Source of the DNA: Sminthopsis crassicaudata
Taxonomy: Eukaryota
Assembly (NCBI RefSeq): GCF_048593235.1
Contig: NC_133617.1
Span: forward strand, 586,314,958 to 586,378,957
Reading direction: 5' to 3'
Length of the DNA: 64,000 bases
Within the stretch, counting starts at the first letter, position 1; each line of letters begins with the position of its first letter. Below the pieces are notes generated by a model. That model was given only the letters and a program-made list of their open reading frames with translations. It had not been told where the DNA came from and ran no database searches. Shown piece by piece: positions 38,946 through 52,036 of the stretch. A program made the position numbers and the translations under genes.

Positions 38946-41211
38946 AGTATAGAAAAATGGGCTGACTATATCATATAACATATAGATTTCTTAAATCCCT
39001 GAAAACAGTTCTTGTGCCTTTGTTGCACAAAAATAAATTGTGCCCTAACATAATCTAGGCATACAATAGCTGTCTTTCTATTAACATATAGAAGATGGCA
39101 AAATACTTTTTCCTATATTTTCTATATAGGAAAACTATCAAGCTGCCTTTTCTCAAGTTATTTAACCTTCTTCCCTGGAATCTCTCAGTCCATTTCAAAT
39201 GATTAAAAGCAAAAGCATTCTTCCAATGCATGTATCATTAGCATCCCTTCAATCCCCCTACTGATTTCCACGCCTCTTCTATTTTACCAAGTTTCCTGAA
39301 GGGAAAAAGCATCCATCATTACAAGACTTTGTGCTAATGTGGTTTCTTCTTTCTTCAAATTCACCCTAATGAGAAGACTTCTCCTCACATGTACCATTAG
39401 GCCACACTTTATTACCTGCCTCCTGTATACTTGTTCAAATAGCAGGCTAGTTGATATAAGTTGATATAAAAGAATTGAAGATGAACAACAAAAAGTCCCA
39501 GCTACTGAAGAGATTACAATGTAGAAGAGGTATACAAGTAGCCACACAAGTAAACTTAGAATGTGCTAAGTGCCAAAAGCATCACACTGCCAGTGATTTA
39601 CTCTCATCTTTCAAACAAAAACCATGATCTCTGTGCCGGGACCACCCTGGGCTCTAATAGGCGAGTTTTTGCTTTATGTTGGATTCTTTATTTTTATCAG
39701 TTTAACTAGCTAATGCTATAAGCCAGAATTTAGAATCAGAAAGAAGCTGTCATTCTCCTTGGAGCAATTGATAGGGAATGCACAATTTGTGATTTAGCAA
39801 GCAAGAATTATACATTATTTAAAAAAAAAAAAAAAAAACAAGAAAGATGACATCATTAAAATGCAGGTGGTCATACAAATAAAAATAGTATTTTTTGGTA
39901 AAAGAAAATTTATACTATTTGCTCTAGGAAATAGATAAGGGAGTTATCTTCTTAGTAGGTTTTCTGAAGTATCAGTGCAAACTGGATAACAGGCCAGACA
40001 AGAATACTCCACCTTAAGTCTTTCTGTACCAATAAGAGGAAAGAAAAACTGAAGGAAACCAGCTGATGTGTGTGGTCTGGAAGTTTATGAGGGGTGATAT
40101 ACAACCAAATGGTTAATACAGAATAAGATAGTTATATTCTTCCTTAAATTCACTTTTAATATTTATCTTGGCAAGAAACAGGTGTGCAAGTCACTTCTTG
40201 CCATCCATAGATATTCCTTGTCTCTGTATTGGCTCTCCCTCCACCCCACCTTTTCCAGCTTCCCTTTAAGTGCTGTTTTCTCCCATGTACAGAATATATA
40301 CTCAAGGGAAGGGATTGTCTCATTGTATCCCCAGCATTTGGCACAGTACTGATTCATAATAAGAATATAATATTTTATCTAGCTACCTAAAGTATATGGA
40401 AGTTCAGGAGGATTAGGATCAGGAAAGAAGGTTGTATTAAGGGGTTTTTTTTAAATGGTTTGGGTTTTGATGAGTAAAAAGAAAGGGAGCACATCCAAAG
40501 ATATAAGCAAAGAAACACAGGCAGGAAATCATGAGACACAGTGAGTACTTCAGATTGGCTATTAAATGAAAATTAGAAAGATTAACTGAAGCCTTCAATA
40601 GCATGCTGAGGAGTTCAGACTTAATTTCAGTAAGCACCATGAAATCACTGATGATTTTTGATCAACTTATCCAGCTGCTGCTCAAAGAAACAACAGCATA
40701 CTTGAGGGTTAGTAGGGGAAAGAAAGCCCATAGAAGATCATTTCAACACTTCAGGTGAGATGTAATGAACTTCAGAGGTTAACACTTGTTTCAGAAACTA
40801 GGGGAAATAAGAGACATTATAGAAGCCTTTAAAAGCCAAATTGGGAGCCCTGAGTTCAAAGCCGAACTCAGACACTTACTTACTAGCTATGAGAATATAG
40901 GCAAGTCACTTAACCCTAATTGCCTCAACAATAAAAGCCAAACCAATGGTTCAGTTACCTGTGATAAAATGGTGGATAAAAAAACGGAATGCTTTTTCGT
41001 TATTCAACACACTATATTGTATGAGAATAGCCTTTCCACTAGCTTCCTTCCTTTCCTCCTCTTTACAAAGATACATTCACAATATTCTATTTCAGAAACA
41101 AAGCAAGAGCACCACTAATTTTGTTATAGCTCCAAGTACTATGTATCTAAATTTAGTAACAAAGGTAAATATGTTACAAGGATATTAATAGCTAGTTTTA
41201 AAAATGATAAT

Positions 41212-41365
41212 GGGGCAGCAAAATGATGCAGTGAAAAAATCACTGGCTCTGAGTTCAAATCCAGATTCAGTCACTTACTAGCTGTGTGATCTTGGACAAG
41301 TTAATTAACCCCAAATTACCTCACCAAAATAATAATAATAATAATAATGATGATGATGATGATAA
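41212..41365 (+). mobile_element. WSINE1-like SINE with (AAT)n(GAT)n tail
   Basis: Head ggggcagc, B-box, and a tail expanded into trinucleotide repeats. Confidence 0.7.
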
Positions 41366-42437
41366 TGTACCATAGTTATCAATCCTAAAATATATATTGG
41401 AGAACCTAGCATTATGAAGAAAAAAACATTTTTAAATGAAGCTAATGCATGTTCTAACCAGCCCCACAGTAGCTTCAACATTTAAATCAATTTTCCGAGC
41501 ATCTGGGCCCAATTATTAACAGATACACAAATGAATGCATAGAATGTGTACCTAATTGGTTATTGGCAGTCAGACAAATCATGGCAAATGAAATGTGATT
41601 GTGGGAAATTTGAAAGGAAAGCTAGGCTAATTTAATCAGATTCAAACTTTGCTACCAAAACCTTAGAAGAATATAGGGGGTTTTGATTATCTTTTGGTTA
41701 TCTCTGTAGTGTTTTCCATTTAGTTCAGCAAAAATGTAGCAATTACACTTTTCAAAATTGGGGCGGTACTTTAAAATCTTGGAATTCATTATCCTCCTTG
41801 CTAGCCTGCAGAAAAGTTATAAATAAATCCCTGCCAGACTGCCCAATTTAAGGCAACTGTACCTAAATCTAAACATAACTACATGAGGAAATTAACATAA
41901 CATTTCCTTTGTTATTGTTACCATTAACACCTGAGCTACTCTCAAAATAGGCAAGCGGCCAACAAGAGAGAATACTGCTTTCTTACCATCTTGTGTCAAT
42001 CTCCACCATAGCTATAAAGCAGAAAGCAAGAGCCAAGATGAAAGCCAGATGTGTCAGCAGCTGGAAGATACTCAAGACAATCACACTCAGATTAGCACAA
42101 GAATAGAGCAGCATGCAAAACCTGGCAAAAAAAATCAACAGGGAATCCTGCTTGAAGAAGGTAATTACCATTCCCAGAGTGGCAGCAGAAGGCTACCCTG
42201 TTACCAGCACTGGAAAATTGAAAAATATAGGATTCCTACTCATATATATTTTTCCATAACTGGGAATTTGGGCAGTTCTTTGGAATAAAGATGTCAAAAC
42301 TGAAAATTTTGAGAGGCACCACAGAGTCCAACAACCTCGTCTTGGAAGTGAGAAAAAATTAAATACTTTTACTTATACATTAAATATTTTATTTAAAATA
42401 AAAATATTTTGTTATAAAAATAAAATGAAATGTCCAG

Positions 42438-42441
<4 letters not shown>

Positions 42442-42499
<58 letters not shown>
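42442..42499. repeat. (AC)29 microsatellite
   Basis: Directly visible. Confidence 0.97.
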
Positions 42500-42502
<3 letters not shown>

Positions 42503-43985
42503 GTAAATGGTACAAGCCAGGTCTTCTATTTCCAATCTAGCATCCTTCTCACTTTTCCAATGCTATACTTTAATCACACAAGGTTTTTAAACCCAACCTG
42601 CACCTTTAGGAGAGTAGATTCTAGAGTTATCTCTATTTTTGCCCAGGGCTAAATAACTATTCAAACTACAGCAATAAAATGAGATACCTAATCAAAAGCC
42701 AAGCAAACACCTAAACAGCAATAATGTCATAAACAAATTTTTCCAGTCTCCCCAAGCTCAACAAACAGTTCCCCTGAGTCTAAGGCAGTAAAAGTAGCAA
42801 CACAGAATCTTTTGGATCTCAAAAATGCACAGAAACAGGCTATGGAGCCAACAACTATTGGCAGGATCCCTTGATATCTAACACCAACACACTTTAGGGA
42901 AAAAGAAATGGTTCAGAACGAAGCAGCTGTCACCAACTCTTTGTCCAACACTCCAGAGAAAATGAGGAGAATATCCAGAAACACCTAAATCCTACTCTCA
43001 TAATGCTACTCTGATGAATGAATGAAGAATAACAAATGCATGAATGAATTAATGAATTTATCAAGTATTTGCTCTGGGCAAAAAACTGTGCTAATAACTG
43101 AGAAAACAATTAGCCAGTCTCTAAGAGCTCATGTTCTAATGGGGGAGACAAAGCCCCCATGGTCCCTAATGATGCCTCTTATTTAATGTCATTTCCACTC
43201 ATAAAAAGATTGTTTTCTGAAGATGAACCATAGATAGTGCCATGGATTATGATAACAAAAACATTCTTTTATGAGTCTGCTGTCAATGTGGTCATAGCCC
43301 CTGGAGGAGCAGTGAGCAGGCTACATCTCCATGGATGGCTTTCCCGGATGATTCCTCTCACCTTGCTGTTTTAGCCAAGGAATTTTGCTTGCCCTATGTG
43401 TGGCAGATGATGGGGACTGTTTCTTTCCCAGTGGAGCTGTTTTCCAGGATGTTGCCTATTAGAGCTGGGCTGGAAGGACTGAGGATGTAGGAGAAAAGGA
43501 CAGCTCCTGAGCCTGATAGCTCGCAGCAGCTGGTCAGCAAAAAGCCTCCAGTGCTAGCTGTCAATCAGATAATGTTATGAGCTCATGGCATGCAGTCCCA
43601 CAGTGTAAGAGAGAGTAGGCACACTACTCAATTGCCCTGCCTTCTCCACTCTGCAGTCAGTCAGAAAGAACAGAATTCAAATCCTATCTCATTAACATAT
43701 TAGCTGGGCGATCCAAGCTTACCAAGCAGTTTTCCTCTCCAGGGCAAATCAGTGGACATCTGGAGCAGAAAGGAGCTGTTAGGCTTAATAATCTCAATAG
43801 CCTTTTACCTTTGCAGTTATGATCCCGTGAACAAGGGCTCACTATAAGATACTCAACACCCTTACAGATTAAAAAAAAGTGATTAGAACTATACCTACAT
43901 ATCATCAACCAAAAACTAGATTTCATATTGACTCTTACATGCCATTAAGATCCACCCAGATTTAAAAGCCTTACCTTTCCTAGAG

Positions 43986-44515
43986 CAAAACTTCTTAAAT
44001 TATGGGTCATAACTCCATAAAGAGTTGCATAAAAGGGGCATCAAGGTGGCGCAGTGGATAAAGCCCTGAATTCAGGAGGACCAGGGTTCAAATCTGGTCT
44101 CAGACACTTAACACTTCCTAGCTGTGTGACCCTGAACAAATCACTTAACCCCAGCCTCAAAAAAAAAAAAAAGAGTTGCATAACAATATGGGGGAGAGGG
44201 GTTGAAAAAAATTAGGCAATAGTAAACCATTTCTGAATGCTCTATACATCCTGCGGTACCAAATATTCTACCATGATTTAATTCCTTTATGTAAAAATAA
44301 ACAACACATCCCTCATTAGTATACAAATTTACTTTCATCATTAATAAATGGTAAAATTATATGTATACCAAAGAATAATTTTAAAATAAATTTCTTTATT
44401 ATTTATTATAATGAATGTTTTATTTGTATGTCTATTTTGCATCCCTTTACCCAGGTCATGTAAAAATTTCTTAGGCAAAAAGGGGTCAAGTGTGGAAAAA
44501 ACTTAAGAAGTCCAG
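43986..44515 (+). mobile_element. hAT-type non-autonomous DNA element interrupted by a SINE
   Basis: Imperfect TIRs caaaacttcttaa and ttaagaagtccag; left flank tcctagag; second copy inverted at 63033-63400. Confidence 0.65.
44033..44169 (+). mobile_element. WSINE1-like SINE nested in the hAT element, 14-bp TSD
   Basis: TSD aaagagttgcataa at 44019-44032 and 44170-44183. Confidence 0.9.
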
Positions 44516-45999
44516 GGGCAGCTTAGGTGGTAAGTCAAAAGGATCTGAATTCAAATCTGACCTCAGACACTTAACACTTCCTAATTGTGTGACCCTGGGC
44601 AAGTCACTAAACCCCAGTTGTCTCAACAATAATCATATTTTCCTTCTGAAATGTTTCTTATTCTTTCTTTCCTGGGTCCCAAAGTAAATTTGAAAAAAAA
44701 TTTATTTTGCTCCAATAATCTCCTTCCCCCTGCTAACTTCTGACCAACTTTGAAATCATAGTTTCTTTAAGAAAACTGAATTTTATCCTGACCAGGAAAA
44801 TCACTTCTAGGGACATCAACAACCAAAGTGGGTACTCCCTCTGCTACCCTCCAATACACTCTCATCCACATGCAACTCAAACCAAATTCTCTAGCCCTCC
44901 TAAAAGTCCTGGAGGAACTCCTTTAATTCTCACCACTATGTAGGTACCAATGGCTCACTTAAACTTATCTGTTTTAAAAAATCTGAAAAGATTAACATTT
45001 TGCCAAAGCCAGAAATTTTTCTCCTAAAGTACAAATAACAAGGAATAAGACAGAAATTTAATGGAGAATAAAATAGAATATGGAAGTCAAAATGGTAAAA
45101 ATAATACAACAAAAAAGGTCTTATTTTCCTCTTTTAATTTATTAAGTTACTGGGCAAAAGTTAGTCAACTGAGATCCAGAATTCAGAATTGTGGCTCAAG
45201 AGTTCAGGGTGACTGCAAGAACTACAATGAAATGCTTATTAAATGATTAAAAAAAAAAAAAAAAGCCTCACACACAAATAATCTGAGCAGGGGTTTGTTC
45301 TTTTGAGTTATTTATTTCTAGTCAAATAGACTAAACAAATGCAACCCAGCCTAGACGAGATAGCACTTACTTAAATTTCCATTGATTCAAAAAGAATCAT
45401 TCCTTTCAGCCCAAAACTTCCAAAGTGATTCTTTTCAGGTACAGTCCACACAGTAGGGAAAGTTGTGAAACTAGGTCAGACAGCATTCCGCTTGTCCTAG
45501 GTTTTGAGTCATGTCGCCTCGTCCCAAAAGAAAAATAAAATGGAGAGGCACAAACACCATTTTGTGAAGTTTCGTATTCTACACAGTAATGGCTAGTCTA
45601 AGGAAATAATGTTACTATTCAATAAACAGATCTACTCTGCCATTTCAAAGTCTATATGTATGTATGATATGTAATAAAATCTACCTTAAAGAATCACCAC
45701 CCACATAGTTCTTCAGATAATGGGATGTTTTGGACAAGTCATCTCCTAGGTAACAGTTATCTGAATATTCAAGTACATTACTTTCTATTTTCAAAAATAT
45801 TTCCATCTGAAGAGCTGCTCAAACTGTCAACATCCTTCTGAAATTGCACTTAATGATAAAGCCTGTCTCAATTAAGTCTAAAGCAAGACCAAAGAATTTC
45901 AGGATATACAAGGTTTACAATTCACATTCCACAGAGGAACTGTCTCTGAGACCAAGCTTTGGAAACTCTTAAGAATTGGTTTTCCCTATAGTATATATG

Positions 46000-46046
<47 letters not shown>

Positions 46047-46169
46047 TTAAATTACAAGTAATTTAGAAAGTCAAATACTTCTATCTTCCCTAGTTTTAGG
46101 GCCAAAAAAGATTATGACTTCCAATGGTTACAGAGATAAATATCAGAATTAAGACCCACATGGAAAATG

Positions 46170-46480
46170 CTATCTGTATCCAAAGAAAAAACTATGGAAA
46201 CAATGTCAATCAAAGCATAGTATTTTCACCTTTTTTTTTGCTTGCTTTTTTTTTTTTCCTGAGTTTTTTCCTTTTGGTCTGATTTTTCTTGCACAATATG
46301 ACAAACATGGAAATATATTTAAAAGGACTGTGCATGTATAACCTATAGCAGATTATTTGCTGAATTGGGGAGGGAGGAGGTAAGGGAGAGGAGAAAAAAT
46401 ATGAAACACAAAATATTACAAAAATGAATAATGAAAACTTTCTTTACATGTATTTAGAAAAATAAAATACTATTGTGGGA
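46170..46480 (+). mobile_element. L1 3'UTR fragment
   Basis: ctatctgtatccaaagaaaaaactatgg...gattatttgct...aaaataaaatact. Confidence 0.75.
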
Positions 46481-46810
46481 AAAAAAATTACAAGTCAAGA
46501 AAATAATTTTGTCCATTGATTTTCCTCCTTCTTACCTATTTTCAAATACCAATCTAACCTGATAAAAAATGCAATTATTAACCTTTCCTGTCTTTATCCC
46601 ATTAAAAAAAAATTAAGACTTAATTTCCATTCTATTTGGATTATATTTGCATATTGATTGTTGAAATGAAGTGGAACAATGAAATGAAGTCAAAGATCCT
46701 GGCAAAAAAAAAATTCTCCATTCTATTTCTGGTATTTCAAGAGAGCACAGAAAAACTTCAATCTATAATATACATATGTGTGTGTATAAATAAATTGGTT
46801 ATAGTTTATA

Positions 46811-46949
46811 NNNNNNNNNNNNNNNNNNNNNNNNNNNNNNNNNNNNNNNNNNNNNNNNNNNNNNNNNNNNNNNNNNNNNNNNNNNNNNNNNNNNNNNNNN
46901 NNNNNNNNNNNNNNNNNNNNNNNNNNNNNNNNNNNNNNNNNNNNNNNNN
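46811..46949. other. Assembly gap (139 N)
   Basis: N run. Confidence 1.
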
Positions 46950-48153
46950 GTCTGTCTTTTCCCAATCCAAAGCTTATCATCACTGAGATTAACTAAATTT
47001 TGATACTCAACACATCTTAGCACCCATAATAGACTCTACTCCAAGACTGGAGGGTTGAAGGGCAGAGAAATAAATTCCTCCCAAAGCCTTCCCTTTATTA
47101 AGATTTCAGAACTTTTCAGCCAATCCTCATTTTTCTTGTTGGGGGGAAAAGGGGAAAAACTAAAGTTTATAACTATTCATTCTTCTTCATCAGGTGATCT
47201 GCTTGGCCCACAAACTTGATGTTCTCTTTTCCACCCCAAACTTTTTTTAGTTTCCTTTAGTTTCCTTATTGTCTTCCCCCAGGGTTACAAATTCACTGAA
47301 GTCAAGAGCTGTCTTTCTTATTTGTATCCTCAGTACTGAGCAAAATAGCATGCCAGGTACAAAACAGGCCCTTAAGAAATATTTATTGACTACTAAGCTA
47401 AAGCTAACAATTATATTCTTTTTATTCTTTTTCCTGCAAAGAAAAATTGTTTTAAAAAAAATCAATAACTAAAATTTATCTAGCCCATTAAGGATTACAG
47501 AGCAATTTAGTTCTCATAGATTAATAGAAGACTTCTGGGATTCAGAGCTCAGTACTGTTCTACCCCACCCCGGCTCTCATTCTTCTGCTCAAAATATAGC
47601 ACTTTAGAGAGAGCTGGTCTATTGAAATCAAAACACTTCGTGCATAGCAGAAAGCAAAAGAATACTCAGGATGTAAAAAAAGAAACATAATGACATTAAT
47701 GAAAAATTCTTTTTATTTAATTTTTTTAGTAACTAAATTCTAATGTCAAAATATTTTTGGTACCAAAGGCCTCAAAATCTAAAATATATAGGATATAATT
47801 AACTCTCAAAAAGCAAGCAAGCAAAAAAAAAAAAAAATCATAAAAGCTTAAGCACTCAATTTCTTGAACAAAAAAGAAAATTTTGAAAATGACAGAAATT
47901 TTTTTAAAAACCCAAAATAATGAATCTTAAGTATGGGGGAAAAAAAAGATAGTAAGAATTTTCAAACTGGAGCATATCACTGACAGTCAATAAAATTTTA
48001 AAAACTGAATTTACTAGTCACTCCTGAAATAGTTAACTATCTTGGAAAGTGACTTTCCTAATATAAATCTGAGGGTAAAGGGAGAGTATTTCCTAAATTC
48101 TTTTCCTATGAACCAACCTATAAAGCACTCCTGATAATAAAAGGCCTTTAGCA

Positions 48154-48495
48154 AGACAGACGTTGAGGGACAAACCTCTTTTTTTTTCCCTTCAGTTTTT
48201 TGTTCACTTGTTTTTTACTGTAGGTTAAAAAAAAAAGTCCATTCTGTGCCTCATTTCTTACCAAGTCTTTTACTGAATGGGAATTGTCTTAAACAAACTA
48301 AGACCTGTAAAAGACCTTAACTTAAAAAGGCCAAGGTATCCCACTGCATCCAGGACCATATCCAGTCATATTACTCTATACCTTCCCACAGGACCCTGGC
48401 TCTGGAGGAGAAAAGGCTAGTGACTTTGCACAACTCTCCCTCACTTCAATCCAATTCACCCCCACTAATGTCATGGTCCTTTTACAAAACAACAA
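48154..48495 (+). mobile_element. Probable RTE-mobilised SINE (WALLSI/RTESINE-like) between 32-bp direct repeats
   Basis: Body ggctagtgactttgcacaactctccctcacttcaatccaattcac...atgtcatggtcc with a (caa)-type tail; direct repeats at 48122-48153 and 48496-48527. Confidence 0.55.
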
Positions 48496-51400
48496 AAAGC
48501 ACTCCTGATAATCAAAAGCCTTTAACAACACAGAGATAACAAAACCAGAATCCTTTGACATAGGAAATGAAGGATAAGTCTTTTTTTTTTTCCTGTTGTT
48601 CAAAGTATAATAATAATTAAATGGACAGAAAACTATTGGTAAAGGACGAGACCAAACAAATTGCTATTTTTACTCTTCTAGACTTGTAAATGAGAATGAA
48701 AAGCACTAAGACTTAGTGAATAATAGTGGTGAGTAAGGAGTCCATATTACAATAGTGAGATCTGGCCAGCCCTTCCATAAGGTAACCATTTCAACCCAAC
48801 TCTCTGAGCCCTGGCAGGCTACTAAAGGTTTTGTGCTCTAGTTCGTTTAGCCCTGTGCAATCAAGCAAGGTGTAAAGGAGCTCTATGTTCTAAAACACAG
48901 TAAGGCGAGTGCAGTCATTGATATATAAATGAGGCAAAAGAGTCTGATTAGACTAAGCTCCATTTCAAAGAATCAGAACTGCAGAGCTGGAAGGGATCTC
49001 ATTGCTAATCTCATCCCTCATTTTACAGATGAGGAAACTAAGACAGCTCCAAAAAAAAAAAAAAAAAAAAAAAAAAGTGAAAAGTGATTTGGCCAAGTCC
49101 ACCCAGCTGACATGAGGGTTATCTGGCTCTCATTCAGTTTTCTTATATAATAGTATGTTTTTTTAATTTTGTGAACTTTTTCTTTCTTGGTATTCCCAGC
49201 AGCCTGGCATTGTGCCTTACATATAATCAGTACTAAAAAAATAAATTAATTAAATTAAATTAAATTTTAAAAAAACACTTTGCTGAATTGATTAGCAGTT
49301 TTATCTTCATCTTTTACCTACTATATATAAAAAACTGGACACCTACTTTAGACCCTTGAAAGGTCACAATATCCCTATGATCTCTACACAGGGACAAGCT
49401 TGGAAAGAGGAAATGCTTCCAACTTCCCACAGGCTGTTCTTACTGAACACCTTGCCAAGAGTTCTTAGTTTACTGTTGAACTAAATTTCAACCAAAATAC
49501 TTTGAATTATTGCATATGCTCCCACTGAATAATCCCCTTGCCTTCTTCATATGCCCTTTATAGTCCAGCCCTTGACACCTGTAGAGAGACCTATAGAGCC
49601 TGTTTTAGCTGGGCTTACTTAACTTTATTGTTGGCCCTCTGCTTCCATGGCTACTGACCTTTTCAATCTGAGCAGAGACAATCCCCATTTACCTAGAAGC
49701 TTAGCACAAGCTTAGTTCCATAAAATAGATTTCCTAAAGGTGTGGGGCTGCTTCTAGTTTAACACTTCATTGAAGTTACCAGATAAAGAATTTTAACTGG
49801 AACCTCTTTGAAGATATGTTATTTTCCTTCTGATAAGAGCAGCCCAGCCCTAGGTGGCAGCTACCTGTCCAGACTTATCAAGTATACAAATCAAATCCTT
49901 TTTTGTTAAAATTAAACTGGCATCTCTAAAAAGCCTATATCCAAAGAGATCAAAGAAAGAGGGAAAGGACCTCTTTGTGCAAAATGTTACAGCAATTTTT
50001 TGTAGTAGCCAAGAAGTTGAAAAGGTGTCCCACCTATTGGGAAATGGCTAAAGTATGAGTGTAACGGACAGTTTCACAGGAAACCAGGAAGATATTTTAT
50101 GAAATAATGCAAAGCCAAGAAGAATAATTCACATAATGACAACATTATAAGGGGGCGGGGGTTTAGAACTTCAGAACCCTGATCAAAGTAAATCAGGAGT
50201 CTAGTACTGAAGGTGAAGCACACTACCCATCTCTCCTACCAGAAAGAAAACAGTTGGAAAATACAAAATAAGAAAAACATTTTAGAACATGGCAAAATTG
50301 CTGGACTATGTGAATTTGTCAGGGGGAAAAAGGAGGGCGTTACAGGGTAGGTTATTCATTTGAAAATATGTAAATATTAGAATCAAGATCTGGACCAAGC
50401 ACTTTTCTGACACCAAATCTAGCACTTAAAAAAAATTCATAAAAATAGTAGTGAGGTTTTTTTAATGAGCATTTATTAGGTCTTTCCTATTCCCTTCCCC
50501 TCACAGAACAAATTTTTAAAAGCTTCACAATAAGTACAAAATCCAGTAAAACAAATTGGGCCAATAAGTTGGGCTTTATTGGAGGTGGAATTCTTGTTTA
50601 ACTGGGAGGTGGGAGCAGTGGAAGGAAGAGATAACAGCCGATAATAAATAAAACTTTAGCACAGCCCAAAAGAGGATAAGCTGAACTAAAACTAAATAAT
50701 AACTGTGTGCCAAAATCTATGAATATTCTATTATTCTCTCTTCTTCATTAACCCCCAATTTTATTCACTCATTCTGCATGCTTATTCATTCATGCTTTAG
50801 TCCCAGTCATATCACAGTGCTATACAATGGCTAAAAGGGACCTGAGGCATCTAGTCCAATGCTATCATTTTCCAGATAACAATTGAGGAAAATGAAACTC
50901 GCCCCCTAATAAAAAGAATAATAATAATTTTGAGGCCCAAAGACATTGAATGAGTTGCTTAAAGTCACTCTCCTATCATAACATTTCCTATTTATTAAGA
51001 ACATTTGGTCTAAACTTTAATTAAAAGCTTTAGAGCAACAAAACTACAAAATGAAGACTGGGCACAAACAAGTAGTTTAGTATTATAATCAATAAAACTT
51101 AGAACATTTAATAATTTAAATTTGACATTTAACATGTTTAATGGTTACTCTTATGAATAGCAACTAGCCATAAATAGTGTGATGTTCACATTGTTGTTCA
51201 GTCATATTTCTGGGCCTCAATTTTCCCATCTACAAAATGGAGGGATTGGACTAGATGACAGTACTAAAATTCCTTTAATATTCTTATGTATTATTTTGTA
51301 TCCTAGTTATCACTGTGTATTGCATCTAACCAGTAAGTTAAATGGGGAGAAGGAATACAATTAATACTTAATACTTGTTTGAACATCCCTTTATTTTTTT

Positions 51401-51995
51401 CCCACAAAGGGAGGAAAAAAAGAAGGGATTATTTTCCATGTATGATCATTTTCACTACATCTGTTTCCTATTACTGTTAGCCCCTTGGAGCAATTCTAAG
51501 AGGGGTTTATTGCCATGTGCTTACTGCACAACAGGGCAAAGAATAGAAAAAGTAGTGGCCTGTTCTGACAGTTTGCCAGAAAGTGGGGGTGGAAGGGTGG
51601 AGAGGTCCAAAGCAACAGGTGGTGGCAATGGAAAGGGAAGGAAGGGGACAAAAGTCTGAAGTTAAAAAAAAAAAAAAAAAAAAATTGAGAGTGACTGGGA
51701 ATTTGGCCAAATTAAGATGTGTCCATGGGAACTCAGTTAAGTTTTGGGTTGAAGGAACAAGATGCTAGCTTAGATTTTTTTTTATACATTGTCACATAGT
51801 CGTGTGGTGGTTAACTAATACCTATGACATTATTAGTAAAGTATATATTTCTGGGATATTATGGTTTAAAAAAAAAAAAAGTATTTTGTGGTTTGGCCCA
51901 GGAACCAGACAAAACATTATTTGGGTATGCATCCATATTTAGCATCGGAAGGTTCAAAAACCCCAAGATCTAACAAGAACTTAAAACAAAACAAA

Positions 51996-51997
<2 letters not shown>

Positions 51998-52032
<35 letters not shown>
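51998..52032. repeat. (AC)n microsatellite
   Basis: Directly visible. Confidence 0.95.
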
Positions 52033-52036
<4 letters not shown>

